From the NCBI GenBank assembly GCA_021800535.1, contig JAJYYV010000004.1, positions 16,007-80,006 of the forward strand: 64,000 bases of DNA. The letters are read 5' to 3'. Of the stretch, positions 8,403 through 16,275 are shown one piece after another (position 1 is the stretch's first letter; each line of letters starts with the position of its first letter). Source of the stretch: a bacterium. Its GTDB lineage: Bacteria; Ratteibacteria; UBA8468; B48-G9; DTJG01. Made by a program: the position numbers and the translations under genes. Below the pieces are notes generated by a model. It had not been told where the DNA came from, did not search any database, and saw only the letters and a program-made list of their open reading frames with translations.

Positions 8403-9449
8403 CTATTTTAGTTTGCTTATGTCATGGGATGTGATATATATACTTTTCCATATTTTTTCATTCTGAGAAGTAATAATTATTCCACAACGATGGTGTGTGG
8501 TGGTATTGTATCCCATACCAACTGCTACAAATTTTCCATCTCCATATGTTATTCCGGAAAAACTTGTCTGAGGAAATTTTATTTCTTTCCAATTAATCCC
8601 ATTAGAAGAAGTTAAAACTATTCCACCTCCTACAGCCACAAATTTTTTATCTCCATATGTTATTCCCCACAAATATGTTTTTGAACCACAACGACCGGGT
8701 TTTATTCCAAAATTTTGTTTTGTCCATGTTATTCCTCCATTTGAAGAAGTTAATATAGTACTATGTTTTCCCACTGCTACAAATTTTCCATCTCCATATG
8801 TTATCCCCCACAAAATATTATTATTTCGTCCAGAATATTTTTTTGTCCAAATTATTCCCTTAGTAGAACTAAAAATACTACTACCACTTCTCGGCCACAG
8901 ATCTCCTACAGCAACAAATTGGTTATCTCCATATGTTATTCCATAAAAAATGGAAGAGGTTTTAATATTGTATCCTATCCAAGTAATACCACTATTAGAA
9001 GAAATTAAAACTTTACCAAAACCAACTACTGCTACAAATTTATTATTTCCATATGCTATTGCAGAAATACCATAATGGCGCGTTGGAAAGTCTAATATTT
9101 TTAGTATTGGAATTTTTTGTTTTGACCAGTGTATCCCATCCGAAGAGGTAATAATTGTACCATATCCTCCAACAGCAACAAATTTTTTGTCTCCATATAC
9201 TATTCCGTTAAGAAATTGGTTTGTTTCAAAATTTTGTTTTGTCCATGTTATTCCATTGGTAGAGGTCAAAATTATACTTCTCATAGTTTTTTTAACATAA
9301 CTTCCAATCCATCCGATAGCAACAAATTGGTTATCTCCATATACTATTTTCGAAAGATTAACAGGCTTACAAAAAGCTGAATGTAAAAAACTAAAAATAA
9401 AAATACTTAAAATTAATTTATTCCAGATTCTAAATATACTTTTATTCAT
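8403..9449 (-). CDS. secreted Asp-box/BNR-like beta-propeller protein
   Basis: Signal peptide MNKSIFRIWNKLILSIFIFSFLHSAFC. Degenerate 39-44 aa repeats (ITYGDxKFVAVG...TSSNGxxW). Starts 12 nt after the stop of RHS module B. Confidence 0.7.
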   Translation of the reverse strand: MNKSIFRIWNKLILSIFIFSFLHSAFCKPVNLSKIVYGDNQFVAIGWIGSYVKKTMRSIILTSTNGITWTKQNFETNQFLNGIVYGDKKFVAVGGYGTIITSSDGIHWSKQKIPILKILDFPTRHYGISAIAYGNNKFVAVVGFGKVLISSNSGITWIGYNIKTSSIFYGITYGDNQFVAVGDLWPRSGSSIFSSTKGIIWTKKYSGRNNNILWGITYGDGKFVAVGKHSTILTSSNGGITWTKQNFGIKPGRCGSKTYLWGITYGDKKFVAVGGGIVLTSSNGINWKEIKFPQTSFSGITYGDGKFVAVGMGYNTTTHHRCGIIITSQNEKIWKSIYITSHDISKLK

Positions 9450-9460
9450 TTTTTTCTATT

Positions 9461-10510
9461 TTATTGAAAAGATTTAATAGGATTACCTCTACTGAGTGCC
9501 CAGTTAGATAAAAGATTATCTTGCTGGGTTATTAAATTAGCAAGTGCATCTTCATTTTCCACTGAAGGTTCTATTAAGTATTTTATTCCAGTAGAACATA
9601 GGGTGGCATCGTATGCTACATCACACACACTTAGTCTTTTATCGCATTCTCCCCGGGTTGGCCATGGAGGACTATAATTTATATTTGGATGTCTCTTTTG
9701 GGCCGCTTCACTGCAAATCTTATTTATGGCTTCATTTAGTGCTTCCTTACCAAGGTTTTTAAGTATGTTTTTATAGGTATTATATATATCGTTTATCCAA
9801 TCTGCCACTTGAGATGAAGGATTTGGAATTCTTTGTGCACCAGAACCAGATTGAAAACCAGTTGGATCATTATTGTTTATTGGATTATTATCACAATAAA
9901 TATAAGGATATTTCAATATATTAGGGAAGGTTGGTAGCATATTTTCAGGAGTATATAGAAAAACTGGTGGTACTGGAATTAAAAGCAAATTTAAAATATC
10001 AGGATTTTCTCTTGGTTCACCACCACCACAAATTGGACATCCACCTAATGAAGTAGTTGGAGATAAAATTATATTTTCTGTATATTCTGGCACCTCTCTT
10101 AACAGCGGGTCTACTTCAAGGAATCTACCTAATCTTAGGTCTTGGTATCTTGCTCTGTAGTAATATAATCCTGCGTCTCTGTCATATTCTCTTCCTTGGT
10201 AAGTGATTGTGTTGGTAAAGCCGTTTTCTCTACCCCAGTCTATTCCTTCTCCTTCGTTTCCCTGTATGCCTTGTCCCTCTCCTCCTCTATTCATCATTTC
10301 TCCAAATGGTAGGTAATTATAACTGGCTATGACTTGCCCCCTTGAATTTGTCAGTTGTCTCACATTCCCTTCTCCATCATAGAGGTAGTATACTGTATGC
10401 CAGCGTACATATCCATTTTCTCTGTATCGCATACTTATGGGTTGGTCTGTTGTGTCTCCGTAGGTGTATATTTTCTTTGCCCTCCCATATTTATTATACA
10501 CTATAAGCAC
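9461..10510 (-). CDS. RHS repeat-associated core + C-terminal tip B
   Basis: GTG-initiated ORF. The in-frame open stretch continues to ~10585 (SGTKRVYKKNVRGKVSQYFFDTINGIDQV...). It carries the core motifs, a ...DNNPINNNDPTG boundary and a 135-aa unique tail. Confidence 0.8.
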   Translation of the reverse strand: MLIVYNKYGRAKKIYTYGDTTDQPISMRYRENGYVRWHTVYYLYDGEGNVRQLTNSRGQVIASYNYLPFGEMMNRGGEGQGIQGNEGEGIDWGRENGFTNTITYQGREYDRDAGLYYYRARYQDLRLGRFLEVDPLLREVPEYTENIILSPTTSLGGCPICGGGEPRENPDILNLLLIPVPPVFLYTPENMLPTFPNILKYPYIYCDNNPINNNDPTGFQSGSGAQRIPNPSSQVADWINDIYNTYKNILKNLGKEALNEAINKICSEAAQKRHPNINYSPPWPTRGECDKRLSVCDVAYDATLCSTGIKYLIEPSVENEDALANLITQQDNLLSNWALSRGNPIKSFQ

Positions 10511-10593
10511 CTGGTCTATCCCATTTATTGTGTCAAAGAAATATTGGCTTACTTTTCCTCTTACATTTTTCTTATATACTCTCTTTGTTCCAC

Positions 10594-10652
10594 TTTATTC
10601 CATTTGGTGAAGTTAGAATTGTACCATTAGAGTCTACTGCTACAAATTTAGG
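10594..10652 (-). pseudogene. fragment of a beta-propeller blade fused upstream of RHS module B
   Basis: Minus-strand translation PKFVAVDSNGTILTSPNGIKW matches the blade consensus. It is out of frame with the RHS cassette and runs into it. Confidence 0.5.
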
Positions 10653-10657
10653 TAGAT

Positions 10658-10912
10658 TTACCCATTTTTATCAAAAATTTTAATCTTCCATTTTTTATGC
10701 AACCAATTTGCAATAATTATTAAAAATACCCCTAAAAAGCCTAATATTAACCCCAAATATCCTATTTTTACCAAATGTATATTTTTATATATTTGAGAAG
10801 GACTTAAACCTAGAATAAATATAGCACTAATAGTAATACCAATAGCGAATCCATAAATTGTACCTACTAAATAAACTTTTTTGGTATTATGTAAATCTGA
10901 TGAATTCTTCAT
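10658..10912 (-). CDS. small 2-TM membrane protein (candidate immunity protein for tip A)
   Basis: 84 aa with two hydrophobic helices, immediately downstream of RHS module A. Confidence 0.45.
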   Translation of the reverse strand: MKNSSDLHNTKKVYLVGTIYGFAIGITISAIFILGLSPSQIYKNIHLVKIGYLGLILGFLGVFLIIIANWLHKKWKIKIFDKNG

Positions 10913-10946
10913 TTTTTGATTTTTTATACAGCAAAATTAAAAAAAT

Positions 10947-12371
10947 TTATTCCTGCAATGGAGGATTATAATAATAAACTCCAGAGTTAACCCCACCTAA
11001 CCCACCACCTTCACTATTTCCACTATTCTTTATGCATTTTATTCCCCATTCTGTACATGATTGCTCTTCACATTCATGAAATGCTACAACAAGAGCTGTT
11101 ACATCAGATGCCCACATTTCAGGTCCTATCCATGGTATATTCCCTCCTGTTCTTTCTATCCACGCCAATATTCCATTAAGCACAACACTTCCCAAATTAA
11201 TCGATAAAGGTTTTGCAGTTAGAGCCAAAGCACAAGATCCTGCGCCAACATATCCCCAAATTTGCCAGTTATACTGATACTTTAAACAAACACTTTTATA
11301 ATGACCATTACAACACAAACCAGTAGGGTCTACATAATTTATAGGGTCATTATTTACGAAAATATAGGCAGGAGTGAAAATCGCATTGGAAGAAGGTGAA
11401 TAGTTATTTATTAAATTATTATTTTGATTGGTATTGCCACAGCATCCACATCCTGAATTTCCGTTTGCAGATGGCAAATTATTCTCTGTGGTGTAGGTAG
11501 GCACTTCTCTTAAAAGCGGGTCTACTTCAAGGAAACGGCCAAGTCTTGGGTCTTGGTATCTTGCTCTGTAGTAATATAATCCTGCGTCTCTGTCATATTC
11601 TCTTCCTTGATAAGTGATTGTATTTCTCATTCCGTTTTGTCCCCAGTTTTGCAGTCCACCGAAAGGTGTCCCGTCTCCTATGTTTTCGCCCTCTCCTGTG
11701 TCTTCTCCTTTATTCATCATCTCTCCAAATGGTAGGTAGTTGTATGTGGCTATGACTTGCCCCCTTGAATTTGTCCGTTGTCTCACATTCCCTTGCCCAT
11801 CATAGAGGTAATAAATTGTGTGCCAGCGGCCATATCCATTTTCCTTGTACTGTCGCATTTCTATTGGTTGGTCTGTTGTGTCTCCGTAGGTGTATATTTT
11901 CTTTGCCCTCCCATATTTATTATACACTATAAGCACCTGGTCTATCCCATTTATTGTGTCAAAGAAATATTGGCTTACTTTACCTCTTACATTTTTCTTA
12001 TATACTCTCTTTGTTCCACAATCGCAGTTATGGAATATCTCTGTTTTGTTGTTCGGGAACTCTATTTGGGTCAGTAGGTTATTGTAGTCATATGTATATG
12101 TTGTGGTGAATGTCCCGCAATTCTGATTTTCATTTCCGCCTATTTCTCCTTTTGTAATCTTAACCTGTTTTGTTGCTATATTCCCATTTGCGTCGTAGGT
12201 GTAGTTTGTTGTTGTTATTGGTATTGTTATCTGATTTCTTGGTGTATTGATTGTTTTTTCGTTTTGTTTCTGTATTAGTTGTTCCTGATTATTGTATGTA
12301 TATATTATTGTTTCTTCTGGCATTACACATTGCGTCATCAAAAATCTATGTGAATTCGCTTTGCTCCTCAA
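10947..12371 (-). CDS. N-terminally truncated RHS protein: YD repeats + core + C-terminal tip A
   Basis: YTYDANGNIATKQ, TYTYDYNNLLTQIEF, YLYDGQGNVRQRTNSRGQVIATYNYLPFGE, YQGREYDRDAGLYYYRARYQDPRLGRFLEVDPL and ...NDPINYVDPTGL, then a 135-aa tail. The frame opens at TTG directly after a stop. There is no RHS N-terminal shell. Confidence 0.85.
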   Translation of the reverse strand: MRSKANSHRFLMTQCVMPEETIIYTYNNQEQLIQKQNEKTINTPRNQITIPITTTNYTYDANGNIATKQVKITKGEIGGNENQNCGTFTTTYTYDYNNLLTQIEFPNNKTEIFHNCDCGTKRVYKKNVRGKVSQYFFDTINGIDQVLIVYNKYGRAKKIYTYGDTTDQPIEMRQYKENGYGRWHTIYYLYDGQGNVRQRTNSRGQVIATYNYLPFGEMMNKGEDTGEGENIGDGTPFGGLQNWGQNGMRNTITYQGREYDRDAGLYYYRARYQDPRLGRFLEVDPLLREVPTYTTENNLPSANGNSGCGCCGNTNQNNNLINNYSPSSNAIFTPAYIFVNNDPINYVDPTGLCCNGHYKSVCLKYQYNWQIWGYVGAGSCALALTAKPLSINLGSVVLNGILAWIERTGGNIPWIGPEMWASDVTALVVAFHECEEQSCTEWGIKCIKNSGNSEGGGLGGVNSGVYYYNPPLQE

Positions 12372-12378
12372 TGACTAT

Positions 12379-12405
12379 GAGGTGTTTTGTAATCTACAAA
12401 ACACC
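12379..12405. terminator. perfect 12-bp-stem hairpin between cysH and the RHS array
   Basis: AGGTGTTTTGTA atc TACAAAACACCT. It is followed by a T-run only on the plus strand, so it is a likely transcript boundary or processing hairpin. Confidence 0.4.
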
Positions 12406-12414
12406 TTGCTTTTA

Positions 12415-13116
12415 TTAAATCTTTGATTTTATAGGATGAAGTCCGCATTCCTTATTTTCTGGTGATTCCCACCACCATCGGCCAGCGCGAATATCTTCCC
12501 CCGGTTTAATTGCCCTGGTGCATGGAGCGCAACCAATACTTGGATATCCATTATCATGCAATTGATTATAAGGCACATTGTTTTTCTTTATATATTCCCA
12601 GACTTGTTGTTCTGACCAATCAGTAATTGGATTTATTTTTATTATTGAGTTATGGGCAATATCAATTTCAACTTTTTGTATATTTGTCCGGGTGACAGCT
12701 TGTTGTTTTCTTAAACCGCAAATCCATGCATCTAAATCTTTTAAAGCTCTGTTTAAAGGTTCAACTTTTCTAATGTTACAGCACAAATGTCTTAATTCAA
12801 TGCTCTTATAAAATAAATTAAACCCATATTCAGATATCATTTTTTCAATAGATGTTGTATCTGGATAATAAACATCCATAGTAATATTATATTTTTCTTT
12901 TATTTTATCCATAATATTATAAGTTTCCGGATGTAATCTTCCTGTATCAATGGTAAAAATTTTAATGGAAGGGGATGTTTTTGATATTATATCTATCAAA
13001 ACAACATCTTCTAATCCAAAACTTGATGCCAATGCGACTTTATTCTTGAATTTTTCACCTGCCCATTGAATTATTTCTTCTGCTTTTTTACTTTCCAATT
13101 CTTCAAATTTTTTCAT
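12415..13116 (-). CDS. cysH: phosphoadenosine phosphosulfate (PAPS/APS) reductase
   Basis: PAPS reductase fold (SFGLEDVVLIDI), C-terminal ECGLH motif and CxxC. Confidence 0.85.
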   Translation of the reverse strand: MKKFEELESKKAEEIIQWAGEKFKNKVALASSFGLEDVVLIDIISKTSPSIKIFTIDTGRLHPETYNIMDKIKEKYNITMDVYYPDTTSIEKMISEYGFNLFYKSIELRHLCCNIRKVEPLNRALKDLDAWICGLRKQQAVTRTNIQKVEIDIAHNSIIKINPITDWSEQQVWEYIKKNNVPYNQLHDNGYPSIGCAPCTRAIKPGEDIRAGRWWWESPENKECGLHPIKSKI

Positions 13117-13221
13117 TTTTTCCTCCTGTTTTTTTTGTTTTATATTTAATATTTTATTTATTCTACTTATTCTATTGAATTAATATTATAATATAAAAAA
13201 ATTTTTGTCAAGACAAAATTT

Positions 13222-13250
13222 TTGACAATATAAAATTTTAATATTATGAT
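13222..13250 (+). promoter_or_regulatory. sigma70-like promoter for rplM
   Basis: TTGACA (13222..13227), 17 bp, TATGAT (13245..13250). SD GGGGGA at 13272. The -35 sits in a TTGTCAAGACAAAATTTTTGACAA palindrome. Confidence 0.4.
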
Positions 13251-13281
13251 ATATCATAATTTAATTTATATGGGGGATTAG

Positions 13282-13719
13282 ATGAGACAGAAGAAAACAT
13301 TTTTACCAAAAGTTGAAAGTATAGAAAAAAAATATTTTCTTATAGATGCAAAAGATAAAGTACTTGGAAGGCTTGCAACAAATGTGGCAACTATTCTTAT
13401 GGGGAAACATAAGCCTTTATGGACACCATTTTTAGACACAGGTGATTTTGTAATTATTATTAATGCTGAAAAAGTAAAATTTACAGGCAAGAAACTTTTA
13501 GAGAAGGCTTATTATAGACATTCCGGATATCTTGGAGGATTAAAAAAAGAAACTGCTTTTTCTCTTCTTCAGAAAAATCCTGAAACTGTAATATTTCATG
13601 CAGTTAAGGGTATGCTTCCTAAAAATCATCTTGGTAGAAAAATGCTTAAAAAATTAAAAGTGTATAAAGGGCCTGAACACTTACATCAGGCACAGAAACC
13701 TGCTCTACTGGAGTTTTAA
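13282..13719 (+). CDS. rplM: 50S ribosomal protein L13
   Basis: ...[20 protein letters not shown]...[12 protein letters not shown]... is the conserved L13 pattern. Confidence 0.9.
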   Translation: MRQKKTFLPKVESIEKKYFLIDAKDKVLGRLATNVATILMGKHKPLWTPFLDTGDFVIIINAEKVKFTGKKLLEKAYYRHSGYLGGLKKETAFSLLQKNPETVIFHAVKGMLPKNHLGRKMLKKLKVYKGPEHLHQAQKPALLEF

Positions 13720-13720
13720 T

Positions 13721-14953
13721 ATGCCTAAAATTTATATTATAGATGTTACAAACAGAGATGGGGTTCAAACAGCCCGTCTTGGATTGGCCAAGATTGAGAA
13801 AACAATGATAAATTTTTATCTCAATCAAATGGGGGTTTTTCAATCTGAATTTGGTTTTCCTGTTACAAAACATGAAATAAACTATCTTAAGGCAAATCTT
13901 CAATTAGCCCAAAAAAAGGTTTTGTTTCCTATCAGACTTTCCGGATGGATGAGAGCGATTAAAGAAGATATAGATGTTACCGTTAAAAATCTTCCTGAGA
14001 TTGAATATATAAATATTTCTATTTCCACCTCAGACCAGATGATAGATGGCAAATTTCTTGGTAGAAAAGGTTTTAATGATGTAATTAAGGATACAGTTGA
14101 TGCCATAAAAGCTGCAAAATCATATGGAATAAAATCTGTAGGTGTTAATGCAGAAGACGCTTCCAGGACAGATATAAAAAAACTTATTGATTTTACAATA
14201 GCAGCAAAAGAACAGGGAGCAGAAAGAGTTAGATATTGTGATACTCTTGGATATGATACGCCGTTTTCTATATACGATAAAATTTATAAAGTTGCAGAAA
14301 AAGTCAAAATACCTATAGAACTTCATTGCCATAATGACCTTGGTATGGCAGTGGCATGTTCTATTGCAGGAGCAAAAGCAGCAAATGATGCTGGAGTGGA
14401 TGCTTATATTAATACTACAATAAATGGTATGGGTGAAAGGGCAGGTAATGCAGACCTTATTTCTGTGATATTGGCAATTAAGTATGGGGATGGTTTAGAT
14501 GGGCACTATAGGCTTGATAGTAATATTAACCTTTCTATGGCATGGAAGATAGCGCATTATGCTTCTTATGCTTTGAAGGTTCCCATTCCTATTAATCAGG
14601 TAGGGGTTGGAGCAAATGCCTTTGCTCATTCTTCAGGAATTCATGTTGATGGAGCATTGAAAGACAGAAGAAATTATGAATTATATGATTATGAAGAATT
14701 GGGAAGAGGAGAACCTGAAATTATAGAAACAGGAAGAATGATATTACTTGGTGAATATAGTGGAATAAAGGGTTTAAGAAATATTTATGGAAAACTTGAA
14801 ATAGAATTTAAGAATGATGAAGAAGCAAGAAAAATACTTGAACTTGCCCGTTATGCCAATGTTCATAAACAAAAGCCTGTAACAGAAGATGAGCTAAGAT
14901 TTATTGCTCAATATCCTGAAGAATGCAGGCTTTTAATGACAACAATACCATAA
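13721..14953 (+). CDS. homocitrate / 2-isopropylmalate / citramalate synthase family enzyme (short form)
   Basis: HMGL-like TIM barrel with HCHNDLGMAVA and GMGERAGNA motifs. 410 aa with no LeuA regulatory domain. Confidence 0.8.
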   Translation: MPKIYIIDVTNRDGVQTARLGLAKIEKTMINFYLNQMGVFQSEFGFPVTKHEINYLKANLQLAQKKVLFPIRLSGWMRAIKEDIDVTVKNLPEIEYINISISTSDQMIDGKFLGRKGFNDVIKDTVDAIKAAKSYGIKSVGVNAEDASRTDIKKLIDFTIAAKEQGAERVRYCDTLGYDTPFSIYDKIYKVAEKVKIPIELHCHNDLGMAVACSIAGAKAANDAGVDAYINTTINGMGERAGNADLISVILAIKYGDGLDGHYRLDSNINLSMAWKIAHYASYALKVPIPINQVGVGANAFAHSSGIHVDGALKDRRNYELYDYEELGRGEPEIIETGRMILLGEYSGIKGLRNIYGKLEIEFKNDEEARKILELARYANVHKQKPVTEDELRFIAQYPEECRLLMTTIP

Positions 14954-15003
14954 TATTATATATTGTAACCACTCAATGAAGTCTATAGTAATAAAGTCAG
15001 CCG

Positions 15004-16275
15004 ATGACTGAAATTATCATGGGACAAACAATAGCAGAAAAAATTCTTTCATTTCATTCAGGTAAAAAATTAGAATCTGGTGATATTTGTATTGCCAATG
15101 TGGATTTTGTAATGGGCCAGGATGGAACAACCCCTCTGGTTATAGAAGCATTTAAAAATCTTGGAGCAAAACAGATTTTTGATTGTGAAAAAACTTGTTT
15201 TGTTTTTGACCATAGTGCCCCCAGTCCAAATATGGGTGTTTCTGCTCTTCATAAACTAATGAGAGATTTTATTTCTAACCATAAAATACAAAAAATGGAG
15301 ATTGGAGAGGGGATATGTCATGTTCTTGTTCCTGAAAAAGGTTTTTTAAAACCCGGAAATCTTGTCGTTGGAGCAGATAGTCACACTCCTACTTATGGCG
15401 CATTAAATATTCTGTCCTGTGGGATGGGTTCAACAGATATTGCCATAGCTTTAATGACAGGCAAGCAATGGTTTAAGGTTCCCAGGACAACAAAGGTTGT
15501 GTTTGAAGGAAAACTTCCTTTTGGAGTATATGCAAAGGATTTAGGTTTGCTAATGGTAAAAACTATTACTGCTTCCGGAGCAATATACCATTCTTTGGAA
15601 ATTACCGGAGATACTATAGCTGCTCTTTCAATGGATGGAAGATTTACTATTGCAAATCTTGTTACAGAGGTTGGAGGTAAGACATGTTGTATGGAATATG
15701 ATAAAAAAGTTGAAGAATATCTTAAGCCATTTTATTCTCCGGAATCTTTAAATCCTGTGTTTTCTGATAAAGATGCAAAATATGACAATGAAATCCATCT
15801 TAATATAGAAAACCTTAATCCTCTTGTTGCAAAACCTCATACAGTGGATAATGTGGACCAGGCTCAACATTTTAAAGGGACTAAAATTAATCAGGCATTT
15901 ATTGGGACATGTACAAATGGCAGAATTGAAGATCTTGAAATTGTCGCCGGTATCTTAAAAGGGAAAAAGGTCAACCCTGATGTTAGAACAATTATTACCC
16001 CGGGTTCAAGAAAAATTTTTCTTGAAGCATTAGAAAAAGGTTTTATTAAAATTTTTCTTGAAAGCGGCTGTTGTGTTACAAATCCAGGTTGTGGTGCCTG
16101 CGTGGGGACTCATCAGGGAATTCCTTCTGATAATGATGTTGTAATTTCCACTGCCAATAGAAATTTTAAAGGCAGAATGGGAAATCCAAATGCATTTATA
16201 TATCTTGCTTCTCCAGCAACAGTCGCGGCCAGTGCAATAACAGGAGAAATAACTGACCCAAGAAATTTTTTATAA
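15004..16275 (+). CDS. aconitase-family dehydratase large subunit (3-isopropylmalate dehydratase / homoaconitase LeuC/HacA type)
   Basis: GADSHTPTYGALN, GTCTNGRIEDL, NPGCGACVG. ~420-aa archaeal-type LeuC. No small subunit is adjacent. Confidence 0.85.
   Translation: MTEIIMGQTIAEKILSFHSGKKLESGDICIANVDFVMGQDGTTPLVIEAFKNLGAKQIFDCEKTCFVFDHSAPSPNMGVSALHKLMRDFISNHKIQKMEIGEGICHVLVPEKGFLKPGNLVVGADSHTPTYGALNILSCGMGSTDIAIALMTGKQWFKVPRTTKVVFEGKLPFGVYAKDLGLLMVKTITASGAIYHSLEITGDTIAALSMDGRFTIANLVTEVGGKTCCMEYDKKVEEYLKPFYSPESLNPVFSDKDAKYDNEIHLNIENLNPLVAKPHTVDNVDQAQHFKGTKINQAFIGTCTNGRIEDLEIVAGILKGKKVNPDVRTIITPGSRKIFLEALEKGFIKIFLESGCCVTNPGCGACVGTHQGIPSDNDVVISTANRNFKGRMGNPNAFIYLASPATVAASAITGEITDPRNFL

Noticed and set aside
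2880-9449. Regularly spaced repeats of period 117 nt could have been a CRISPR array.
   Set aside because: The repeats are in-frame 39-aa blade units of long ORFs. The spacer-equivalent segments are also conserved. There is no cas gene and no short (28-37 nt) repeat unit.
10947-12371. YD-repeat protein was considered as a possible teneurin-like or eukaryotic contaminant.
   Set aside because: Gene density, overlapping bacterial-type gene junctions and flanking bacterial housekeeping genes make a bacterial RHS the straightforward reading.
13900-14332. Minus-strand ORFs 13900..14106 and 14120..14332, and similar antisense ORFs in other genes (15070..15252, 16361..16618, 17442..18024, 20475..20660, 22490..23061).
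   Set aside because: They lie antisense inside well-supported CDSs. Such open frames are common in AT-rich DNA.
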